From Verrucomicrobiota bacterium (lineage in GTDB: Bacteria > Verrucomicrobiota > Verrucomicrobiia > Limisphaerales > UBA11358), in the NCBI GenBank assembly GCA_050013895.1, contig JBEKEJ010000001.1:1-42311 (forward strand): a stretch of DNA of 42,311 bases, in the 5' to 3' direction. Below, piece after piece: positions 1 to 7,091 of the stretch (position 1 is its first letter; every line of letters begins with the position of its first letter). A program made the translations under genes and the position numbers. Under the pieces are notes generated by a model, which ran no database searches, was not told where the DNA came from, and saw nothing but the letters and a program-made list of their open reading frames with translations.

Positions 1-1
1 C

Positions 2-217
2 AAGCCGCGCGTGCAGGCTGGCGACAACATCTGGGTAAACGCCGATGTGCTCATGACGCACGACGTTTGCGGGCCGGGCACCATCGGCGTGTTCAAGCGC
101 GAATTCGGCCAGACCGCGAAGGGACCCTCAAGGTCGTGCGCAATCACCGGCATTTTGAAAAGCCGAGTGAAAAGCGACGCCGCAAGGAAAAGGCCGCGCG
201 TTTTTCCGCGATGCTGA
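2..217 (+). pseudogene. Truncated aconitase-family (LeuC/HacA-like dehydratase large subunit) N-terminal fragment, open at the left window edge
   Basis: The translation KPRVQAGDNIWVNADVLMTHDVCGPGTIGVFKREFGQTAK resembles the N-terminal motif of isopropylmalate/homoaconitate dehydratase large subunits. The similarity ends near nt 120. Traces of the expected following V-W-D-P-x-K-V-V motif appear only as DP and KVV in the other two frames. A stop lies at 215-217 and the next gene starts at 372. Confidence 0.35.
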
Positions 218-371
218 CCGCGCGTTACGCGGATTTGTAAAATTGATTTTTCAGGCCGGGTGCAGTCAAAAGGATTGTATCCGGCTTTTTTCAAGGGAGT
301 ATGGGAGCGATGGAGTTCTGGAATGATGCCAATTCCCAATGCTCCATTGCTCCAACACTCCAACCGGGACC

Positions 372-1286
372 ATGTATTCGTTTTCCACCTGCTGGAATTC
401 CCACCGTCACACGGACGGGCGCGCCCTGCTGCGCGAAATCCGCGACCTCGGTTTTGCATACGCCGAGTTGAGCCACAGCACCCGCCTCGGCCTCATGCCC
501 GGCATCCTCGAAGCGGTGGACGCGGGCGAAATCAAGATTTCCAGCCTGCACAATTTCTGTCCGCTGCCAATGGGCGTCACGCGCGCGTCGCCCAACCTCT
601 ACCAGTTTTCCGCCGAGAATGCGCGCGAACATGAACTGGCGGTGAAGCACACGCTCAAGACGCTGGAATTCGCCGGGCGCGTCAAAGCGCCGGTCGTGGT
701 GCTGCATCTCGGCAGCCTGGAATTGAAGGATTACACCGGCAAACTGTGCGAGCTGCTGAAGAACGGGGGGAAGGAATCGCCCCAATACCGGAAACTCCGC
801 GACGAAGCCGCCGCCCGGCGTGAGGCGAGGAAGAAGCCGTTCGTTGAACGGGTTTACGCCACGCTGCGGAAGGTCCTGCCCGAAGCCGAAAAACGCGGCC
901 TCAAGCTCGGCATCGAAAACCGACAGGCGCTCGAGGAAATTCCGCTCGACGGCGACTTCGAAGATTTCTTCCGCGACTTTGACAGCCCGAACGTCGTTTA
1001 CTGGCACGATACCGGCCATGCGCAAATCAAGGAAAACCTCGGTTTCATCCAACACGCGCAGCAGCTGCGGTCGCTGGCCGCCCGCCTGGCCGGCTTTCAT
1101 GTTCACGACGTGCAATATCCCGACGGCGACCACGCCGCGCCCGGCACCGGCACGATTGATTACGCGAAACTCAAGCCATTCGTGAAGCCGCAGCACGTCA
1201 AGGTGTTTGAACTCAGCCCGGCGCTACCCGTCGAAGCCGTGAAACGCGGCGTCGCGCACGTCAAGAAAATCTGGGGCAACGAATGA
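372..1286 (+). CDS. Sugar phosphate isomerase/epimerase (xylose isomerase-like TIM barrel)
   Basis: The ATG at 372 inside ORF 339..1286 gives MYSFSTCWNSHRHTDGRALLREIRDLGFAYAELSH. Family-typical segments follow: VVVLHLGS, GLKLGIENR, WHDTGHA, HVHD. Confidence 0.8.
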   Translation: MYSFSTCWNSHRHTDGRALLREIRDLGFAYAELSHSTRLGLMPGILEAVDAGEIKISSLHNFCPLPMGVTRASPNLYQFSAENAREHELAVKHTLKTLEFAGRVKAPVVVLHLGSLELKDYTGKLCELLKNGGKESPQYRKLRDEAAARREARKKPFVERVYATLRKVLPEAEKRGLKLGIENRQALEEIPLDGDFEDFFRDFDSPNVVYWHDTGHAQIKENLGFIQHAQQLRSLAARLAGFHVHDVQYPDGDHAAPGTGTIDYAKLKPFVKPQHVKVFELSPALPVEAVKRGVAHVKKIWGNE

Positions 1287-1375
1287 ATTTATGATTTACG
1301 ATTTATGATTTATGATTGGAGCGGAAATCGGCGACTGGATTGGAAATCATAAATCGTAAATCAAAAATCATAAAT
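1287..1375. repeat. AT-rich palindromic REP-like element (its translation gives the IINRKS-type peptide)
   Basis: Left arm AATTTATGATTTACGATTTATGATTTATGATT (1287-1317) pairs with right arm AATCATAAATCGTAAATCAAAAATCATAAAT (1345-1375) as an imperfect inverted repeat. The cca ATG (1374) lies in the right arm. A related CGTAAATCG-type copy occurs at about 41578-41645. Confidence 0.7.
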
Positions 1376-2816
1376 GACGAGCGCCCCGTCACGCGAGACT
1401 GCCGTAGAGATCGTCCGCCGGCTCCAGGCCGCCGGCTTCGCCGCGTTCTGGGTCGGCGGCTGCGTGCGCGATTTTCTGCTCGGACGCAAACCGCAGGATT
1501 ACGACATCGCCACGGACGCCAAGCCGGACCAGGTCGAGAAGCTTTTTCAACGCACTCTCGCCGTCGGACGCAAATTCGGCGTAATGATTGTGGCCGAAGC
1601 CAAACACCAGTTCCAGGTTGCCACGTTTCGCGCCGAGGCGGATTATCGGGACGGTCGCCGCCCGGCCAGGGTTGTTTTCGCCAGCGCCGACGCCGACGCG
1701 CAGCGCCGTGACTTCACCGTCAACGGGCTGTTTTACGATCCGGTTGCGAAAAAACTTCACGATTGGGTCGGCGGCGAAAAGGATTTGCGCGCGAAAATCA
1801 TCCGCACCATCGGCCCGCCGGAGGAACGCTTTGCCGAAGACCATTTGCGCCTGCTGCGCGCGGTGCGGTTTGCGGCGCAGTTGGATTTTGAAATCGAGCC
1901 GCAGACCTTCGCCGCCGTCAAATCGCTCGCGCCGAAAATCAAGCTCATCAGCGCCGAGCGGATTCGCGACGAACTCATCAAGCTGTTTGCGCCATCGCCG
2001 CTTGGAGTTCCGCCTTCAGGCGGCGCTCAAAGATTGCCGTCCAAACCGCTTGAAGGCGGAACTCCAAACCGCAGCCAGGCCGCTCGCGGATTGATTTTGC
2101 TGCGCGAAAGCGGACTGCTGGAACACATTTTGCCGGAACTGGCGGCGACAATCTCGTGCGGGCAATCGCCGGATTATCATCCCGAAGGCACCGTGTTCGA
2201 GCACATCCGGTTGATGCTGGAGCAGCTGCCGCCCCGGCCTCCGCTCAACCGCAGCTCCGGCGCGGCCAGGGCGCACGAATCCTTGCCGTGGGCGGTGATT
2301 TTGCATGACATCGGCAAGCCCGTGACGGCGGAGCGCGATGCCGTGACGGGCAATATCCATTTTTACGAGCACGAAAAAATCGGGGCGGCGATGGCGGAAA
2401 GGATTTTGCGGCGGCTGCGTTTTCCCAAAAAGCAGATCGAGGAGATTGTCGCGTGCGTGCGGCAGCACATGCAGTTCAAGGACGTAAAGCAGATGCGGAC
2501 GGCAACGCTGCGCCGGCTGTTATTGCGCGAGACCTTCCCGCTGGAACTGGAGTTGCACCGGCTCGACTGCCTCGGTTCTCACGGCGACCTGGGGCATTAT
2601 GATTTCCTGGTGGAACAGGCGGCCGAGTTAAGAAAAAAGCCGACCATCCGCCCGCCCCTGCTCACCGGAAAAGATTTGATCACACTCGGCATGAAACCCG
2701 GTCCGGCGATGGGCGCGTTGTTGAGTGAAATCCGCGAGCGGCAGTTGCAGGATGAATTGAAAACGCCCCTCCAGGCCCGCCGTTGGGCAAAGACCAGGAT
2801 CAAAAATGCGCGATGA
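1374..2816 (+). CDS. cca: CCA-adding tRNA nucleotidyltransferase (class II, with HD domain)
   Basis: 480-aa ORF. The N-terminus has FWVGGCVRDFLLGRKPQDYDIATDAKP and RDFTVNGLFYD (PolyA_pol head). The C-terminal half has the HD motif ILHDIGKP. Confidence 0.85.
   Translation: MTSAPSRETAVEIVRRLQAAGFAAFWVGGCVRDFLLGRKPQDYDIATDAKPDQVEKLFQRTLAVGRKFGVMIVAEAKHQFQVATFRAEADYRDGRRPARVVFASADADAQRRDFTVNGLFYDPVAKKLHDWVGGEKDLRAKIIRTIGPPEERFAEDHLRLLRAVRFAAQLDFEIEPQTFAAVKSLAPKIKLISAERIRDELIKLFAPSPLGVPPSGGAQRLPSKPLEGGTPNRSQAARGLILLRESGLLEHILPELAATISCGQSPDYHPEGTVFEHIRLMLEQLPPRPPLNRSSGAARAHESLPWAVILHDIGKPVTAERDAVTGNIHFYEHEKIGAAMAERILRRLRFPKKQIEEIVACVRQHMQFKDVKQMRTATLRRLLLRETFPLELELHRLDCLGSHGDLGHYDFLVEQAAELRKKPTIRPPLLTGKDLITLGMKPGPAMGALLSEIRERQLQDELKTPLQARRWAKTRIKNAR
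2002..2067. repeat. 66-nt palindromic REP/MITE-like element inserted in frame within cca
   Basis: TTGGAGTTCCGCCTTCAGGCGG (2002-2023) and CCGCTTGAAGGCGGAACTCCAA (2046-2067) are reverse complements at 21 of 22 positions, with a 22-nt loop. The element encodes LGVPPSGGAQRLPSKPLEGGTP (flanked by PSP and NRSQ in the likely insert) between LIKLFA and AARGLILLRESGLL. Confidence 0.75.
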
Positions 2817-2833
2817 GCCTGCCGAAATCTGCT

Positions 2834-2876
2834 GAAAAAAAGGGCGCGGATTTTGTCCGCGCCCTTTTGTTTGTTT
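2834..2876. terminator. Bidirectional rho-independent terminator between convergent cca and the sugar kinase gene
   Basis: The sequence reads AAAAAAA-GGGCGCGGA-ttttg-TCCGCGCCC-TTTTGTTTGTTT. It has a perfect 9-bp GC stem, an A-run upstream and a T-run downstream. Confidence 0.75.
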
Positions 2877-2885
2877 AAGAATGTT

Positions 2886-3968
2886 TTACCGCTGGATGCG
2901 GGCCGAACCGCCTTTGGCAAAGGCCTTCACCTGCTCCACGGTCGCCATCGTCGTGTCGCCGGGGAACGTCGTCAGCAACGCGCCGTGCGCCCAGCCCAGC
3001 TTCACCGCCTGTTCCGGTTCCTCGCCCGTCAGCAGGCCGTGGAAAAATCCCGACGCGAAGCCATCGCCGCCGCCCACGCGGTCATACACGTTCAGTTCGG
3101 CCGTCGGCGCGGTGTAGGTCTTCCCGTCAATCCACGCCACGGCGCTCCAGCTGTGATGGTTGGTCGAGTGGACTTCGCGCAGCGTGGTGGCCACAATCTT
3201 CGCCTTCGGATATTTCTTCACGACCTGGTCCATCATCCCGAAGAACACGCTCGGATCGAGCTTGGACTTGGCGACCACGTCCGGGCCTTTCAAGCCCAGG
3301 CCCTTTTGCAAATCCTCCTCGTTGCCGACGAGGACGTCGCAATGCTCGACGATGCGTTTCATCACCGACAACGCCTTTTCCTGTCCGCCCCAGATGTCCC
3401 AGAGCTTCTGGCGGAAGTTCAAATCGAACGACGTGATGGCGCCCGCCGCCTTCGCCGCCTTCATGCCTTCGATGATCAGCTCACCCGTGGTCTCGGACAG
3501 CGCCGCGAAGATGCCGCCGCTGTGGAACCAGCGCACGCCCTGGCCGAAGATTTCCTTCCAGTTAAAATCGCCCGGCTTGAGCAAGCCGCCCGCCTCGTTG
3601 CTGCGGTTGTAGAACACCACCGGCGCGCGCACGCCGTAGCCCCGGTCGCTATAGACCGTCGCGTGGTTCGGGCCGCGCACGCCGTCGTGCTTGAACCGCT
3701 TGTAGAACGGTCTCACGCCCATCGCCTTCACGCGCTCGGCAATCATGTCGCCGATGGGATAATCCACCATGGCGGTGGCGATGCCGGTGTTCATGCGGAA
3801 ACAATCGGCGAGGTTAGCGGCGCAGTTGAATTCGCCGCCGCTGACGTGGATTTTGCATTCCGTGGCCTTGCGGAAGGGGATGATGCCTGGATCGAGGCGG
3901 TGGACCAGAGCGCCGAGGGACAAAAAGTCCAGCGCGCCCTTTTCGGGGATGTTCAAACCATATTTCAT
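2886..3968 (-). CDS. PfkB-family carbohydrate kinase (2-dehydro-3-deoxygluconokinase-like)
   Basis: The ATG at 3968 within ORF 2886..4247 gives MKYGLNIPEKGALDFLSLGALVHRLDPG. The C-terminal PfkB signature is DRVGGGDGFASGFFHGLL. The 93 codons upstream in the ORF are REP-derived. Confidence 0.8.
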   Translation of the reverse strand: MKYGLNIPEKGALDFLSLGALVHRLDPGIIPFRKATECKIHVSGGEFNCAANLADCFRMNTGIATAMVDYPIGDMIAERVKAMGVRPFYKRFKHDGVRGPNHATVYSDRGYGVRAPVVFYNRSNEAGGLLKPGDFNWKEIFGQGVRWFHSGGIFAALSETTGELIIEGMKAAKAAGAITSFDLNFRQKLWDIWGGQEKALSVMKRIVEHCDVLVGNEEDLQKGLGLKGPDVVAKSKLDPSVFFGMMDQVVKKYPKAKIVATTLREVHSTNHHSWSAVAWIDGKTYTAPTAELNVYDRVGGGDGFASGFFHGLLTGEEPEQAVKLGWAHGALLTTFPGDTTMATVEQVKAFAKGGSARIQR

Positions 3969-4160
3969 TTTATATTCCTCACGATACAAGTTTTTCGCCG
4001 GCTCATTTTCGGATAAAGATCCCGAATGACCCGGGGTTTTGGTGCGCGACAGAACTAGCACGGCGGGCGCGGTTTGTCTGTAAAAAAGTGGGAATGTGGA
4101 GCGCCGATCTCCGATCCGGCGCATATTTGAGACCATCGCAACAGCGCCGAGCCGCCCGTC

Positions 4161-4168
4161 CTCCGTAG
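4161..4168. repeat. Target-site duplication, left copy (CTCCGTAG)
   Basis: This 8-mer abuts the left IR. The identical 8-mer abuts the right IR at 6469-6476. Confidence 0.85.
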
Positions 4169-4189
4169 GGCAATAATATACTTGACTCA
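4169..4189. repeat. Left terminal inverted repeat (IR-L)
   Basis: GGCAATAATATACTTGACTCA. Its exact reverse complement is at 6448-6468. Confidence 0.9.
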
Positions 4190-4426
4190 TTGGCTTTTCT
4201 TTAGTAGGAAAAATACCCCTGTGTAAATCACGCCTAGAACAAACCATTCAGACCAAAGTTTGAGCAGGTCTGGTCGGTAATGATTCTCCGGCTGGATAAA
4301 AAATAAGCTCAACCTTTGATGGTGTTGATGAATAATTGGGTCGTTGTAATACCACGGACACAATGTCAGCGTTGCCGCAAAAAGGACGAGACATACAGCC
4401 GTCAGATATTTTTGAGGTTTGTTCAT
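4187..4426 (-). CDS. Small two-TM membrane protein (IS passenger ORF, start uncertain)
   Basis: The ATG at 4426 gives MNKPQKYLTAVCLVLFAATLTLCPWYY...LWSEWFVLGVIYTGVFFLLKKSQ, with two hydrophobic helices. A longer version initiated at TTG 4597 would overlap the transposase stop. The stop codon (4187-4189) lies inside IR-L. No Shine-Dalgarno motif precedes 4426. Confidence 0.4.
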   Translation of the reverse strand: MNKPQKYLTAVCLVLFAATLTLCPWYYNDPIIHQHHQRLSLFFIQPENHYRPDLLKLWSEWFVLGVIYTGVFFLLKKSQ

Positions 4427-4574
4427 AAACTTTGTTTTGGATTTTGTTGTGATTTTCTTTTCACGCGCTCGTCCCTGATTTTCTTGTTCAACTCCGCCTT
4501 GGGAACCCGCATTAACCCCTTGGCAAGAGCTTGGAACTTTTGGAACGGAGTTTTCCCCGATATGGTTTTTTGAT

Positions 4575-5513
4575 TCATACTGGTCGAGGTTCTCCAATCA
4601 GTCGTGAATAGGTCAATCGTTTTCCAAAAATGCCTTTGACAGCTTCCAAAAAACGGTTTGAGTCGTTTTCTTCCCTCAAATTAAACCGAAACGCCTGTTC
4701 GTCGAGGTAGCGAAACAAATGAAATGGCTCGACGCTGACATAGGTGCCCTTGATGCCCCGTTTGAGCAGGCTCCAGTAATTTTCCATGCCGTTCGTATGC
4801 ACATTGCCGCGAACGTATTCTTTTGCATGGTCAATCACTTGATGGATGAAATCGCGCGCAAGCCCTTTGTATCCTACCCAATAGTCAGTGAAAATTTGTG
4901 CGCCTTTCTCGACGTTTTGATAAACCTCGTTTTGGAGCGTCTGTAATTTTGTATTGGGGATGTGTTTGGTTTTAACCTTACCATCCCGCTCCAAAATCCC
5001 CATGACGATTGCCTTGCCAACTCCGCCCGTGCCGCGTCCACGTCTGCGATTTCGGTCTTTGTGCATATTGCGGGAAAGCCCGCCAATCCAAGTTTCGTCA
5101 ATCTCGACCTCTCCGTTGAACTTTTCAAAGGTGCCAGTCTGCATGGCGAGTCTTATTCTTTGCAGCATGAACCAGGCTGTTTTTTGCGTGACTCCGATTG
5201 CCCGATGGACTTCATAGGAACTGACACCGTTTTTATCATTGGCAATCATCCAGATTGCCGTAAGCCATTTGTCCAACGGCAACGCACTATCTTCAATAAT
5301 CGTGCCGACGCGCACGGAGAACTGGCCTTTTTTTGTGCAGCGTTTGCATTTCCAGATTTTGCGCGTGGCGATGAATGAAACATCTTCGCATTGGCAGCGC
5401 GGGCATTTCACCTTTTCAGGCCAGCGCAGTTTAACCATGAAATCAAACGCCACTTGCTGATCTGCAAAATAGCGGACTGCTTCGACTAGGGTTTGTGGAA
5501 ATTCGTTATTCAT
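4575..5513 (-). CDS. IS1595-family transposase (zinc-ribbon N-terminus + ISXO2-like DDE domain)
   Basis: The ATG at 5513 gives MNNEFPQTLVEAVRYFADQQVAFDFMVKLRWPEKVKCPRCQCEDVSFIATRKIWKCKRCTKKGQFSVRVGTIIEDSALPLDKWL..VEIDETWIGG. This is the classic IS1595 transposase layout. Confidence 0.9.
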   Translation of the reverse strand: MNNEFPQTLVEAVRYFADQQVAFDFMVKLRWPEKVKCPRCQCEDVSFIATRKIWKCKRCTKKGQFSVRVGTIIEDSALPLDKWLTAIWMIANDKNGVSSYEVHRAIGVTQKTAWFMLQRIRLAMQTGTFEKFNGEVEIDETWIGGLSRNMHKDRNRRRGRGTGGVGKAIVMGILERDGKVKTKHIPNTKLQTLQNEVYQNVEKGAQIFTDYWVGYKGLARDFIHQVIDHAKEYVRGNVHTNGMENYWSLLKRGIKGTYVSVEPFHLFRYLDEQAFRFNLREENDSNRFLEAVKGIFGKRLTYSRLIGEPRPV

Positions 5514-6393
5514 TTTCTTTTTTTGATTTAGTTTTGTCGTCCTTGGACGCGGCTGCCATCGCGCGTGCAAACGCATTGTTCCTAACAGATTGGATTGACT
5601 CTCTTTCCCTTTGCGACTTGGCCACCAATTCCTTTAAGAAGTCACGGTTTCGGTAAGCTTTTCCAAGTTCGTCAACTCTTGCTGCTATATTGGAAAGTTC
5701 CTCGACTTCTTTTTGGGGGAACATTTGGACGTAAGCGTCTTTATTGTCTATTAATTGCTTCAAAATTTGTCCGGTCAGAGAGGTCATACTGTGAATAATT
5801 CCGAGTTTCGTTTTTCCCCCACAGTAAGCATCGTGTTTTTTAACTATTTCCACCACATAAACAGCGAGCACCGCAGCGTGATCGAAAACCATGTCCGGCG
5901 CAGAAAGTTCACTCAATAAATAAGCACCCAAATTTGCCCCGCATCCAATCGCTTCATAAAATGAATTCACTTTGTTTGCTATTCCAACAATCATGTCTAT
6001 TGTAAAAAGACAGGGCTTGCCGTCGAAAAAATAGGCAATCATCAGTTCGCATCCCAACTCATGTTTCCAAACAAATTCGCGCAGTTCTTCCACCGTGCAA
6101 TCGCCTTGTTGAAATCGAACCCTGTCTTTTAGTTGCCGCATGGCTCGTTCCGCAAGTTCTGCAACCATTCTGTAATCGGTAATTTCCTTGTCTTTTGCCA
6201 AGCTGTTAAAAATTTCAACCGCTTGTCCTGAAAATGGCGCATACCCAGCCTGCGCGACTAAAGCGGTAAGGTTGGCAAACTCGACACTGCTTATCTTTTC
6301 CGTATCGGTTCGCTTCGTCGTGCCAGATGTGGTCTGACTATCACTGGCCAATACGATTGCATTTTCACAAATTATTCCGACGATGATTGTCAC
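5506..6393 (-). CDS. Proteasome-beta/HslV-type Ntn (N-terminal threonine) hydrolase with a roughly 100-aa C-terminal extension
   Basis: The GTG start at 6393 is preceded by AAGGA. The N-terminus is (M)TIIVGIICENAIVLASDSQTTSGTTKRTDTEK, which places Thr at residue 1, Asp at 17 and Lys at 32. A G-x-G turn is present as AIGCGANLG. The stop overlaps the transposase ATG (ATGAATAA). Confidence 0.65.
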   Translation of the reverse strand: MTIIVGIICENAIVLASDSQTTSGTTKRTDTEKISSVEFANLTALVAQAGYAPFSGQAVEIFNSLAKDKEITDYRMVAELAERAMRQLKDRVRFQQGDCTVEELREFVWKHELGCELMIAYFFDGKPCLFTIDMIVGIANKVNSFYEAIGCGANLGAYLLSELSAPDMVFDHAAVLAVYVVEIVKKHDAYCGGKTKLGIIHSMTSLTGQILKQLIDNKDAYVQMFPQKEVEELSNIAARVDELGKAYRNRDFLKELVAKSQRERESIQSVRNNAFARAMAAASKDDKTKSKKENE

Positions 6394-6447
6394 TGGATTT
6401 TTCCTTTTCGTTAAGCGTTGCGGAAAAGGATGCCGAAGCTGACAGTG

Positions 6448-6468
6448 TGAGTCAAGTATATTATTGCC
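6448..6468. repeat. Right terminal inverted repeat (IR-R)
   Basis: TGAGTCAAGTATATTATTGCC is the exact reverse complement of 4169-4189. Confidence 0.9.
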
Positions 6469-6476
6469 CTCCGTAG
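6469..6476. repeat. Target-site duplication, right copy (CTCCGTAG)
   Basis: Identical to 4161-4168 and directly abutting IR-R. Confidence 0.85.
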
Positions 6477-6673
6477 CAGCACTACTGCGGAGGGTGGAGA
6501 GGCCGGCGCTCCGATGGCAGTGTCAGGTTACGCCAATTCCCGCTGCCGCTTTTTCTGGACAAACTTTTTGGCAGGGCGCAATGTCAAAAACATGAAATCG
6601 GACAGGCTGCATGGCACAAGAGACAGGCTGTACGATGCGGCGTCCAATATCGGTTAGGCTGACTTAGATTGTC

Positions 6674-6928
6674 GTGAAGCTTAGAAATCCAGTTTGGTGG
6701 CTCTTAACAGCGGGGTGTTTGGGTGCGGTTCTTAGCTGTTTAGGATTTTACGTCTTCCCTCCAGACCGAGTCGGTGTTGGCGATCCTGGATTTTGGACTG
6801 CCACTTGCCTTGCACTTCTCTTTTGGTTTGGGGTTATTTTGTTGGCCGTTTCATTGTTGGCGGGCATAGCGGGAGTGATTCGACATTCCTGTAGATGCGG
6901 CAAGCAGAAGAATGTGCCAAGCAGATGA
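6674..6928 (+). CDS. Hypothetical small membrane protein
   Basis: GTG-initiated 84-aa ORF with two hydrophobic segments (WWLLTAGCLGAVLSCLGFYVF and ATCLALLFWFGVILLAVSLLAGIAGVI). No recognisable family. Confidence 0.3.
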   Translation: MKLRNPVWWLLTAGCLGAVLSCLGFYVFPPDRVGVGDPGFWTATCLALLFWFGVILLAVSLLAGIAGVIRHSCRCGKQKNVPSR

Positions 6929-7091
6929 CATGAATCCTCAGCCTAATATGAGGATAGCTGTAAACTTCACCGATTGCTCGTTCGATTTTTTCCAAGAAAG
7001 TGAAAAGGCGGCTCTCTGCCGGGGAGCCGCTGCGAATCAGTTCCGAACGTTGCCACACCGGATGCGCGTGGTGTAAGTTGGGCCGGAATTT

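Larger units (their letters stand above)
4169..6468 (-). mobile_element. IS1595-family insertion sequence / small transposon with passenger genes (2300 bp)
   Basis: The element has perfect 21-bp terminal inverted repeats and an 8-bp direct duplication. It encodes an IS1595/ISXO2-like DDE transposase plus two further ORFs on the same strand. The interior is visibly AT-richer than both flanks. Confidence 0.85.

Noticed and set aside
291-1196. 301-aa minus-strand ORF antisense to the TIM-barrel isomerase. Similar long antisense ORFs occur at 2853-4016(+), 14158-15348(+), 15360-17285(-), 20798-22036(-) and 22901-25018(-).
   Set aside because: These are shadow ORFs typical of GC-rich DNA. Their translations are Arg/Ala/Gly/Pro-rich low-complexity sequence with no motifs. 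The opposite strand carries well-supported genes over the same span.
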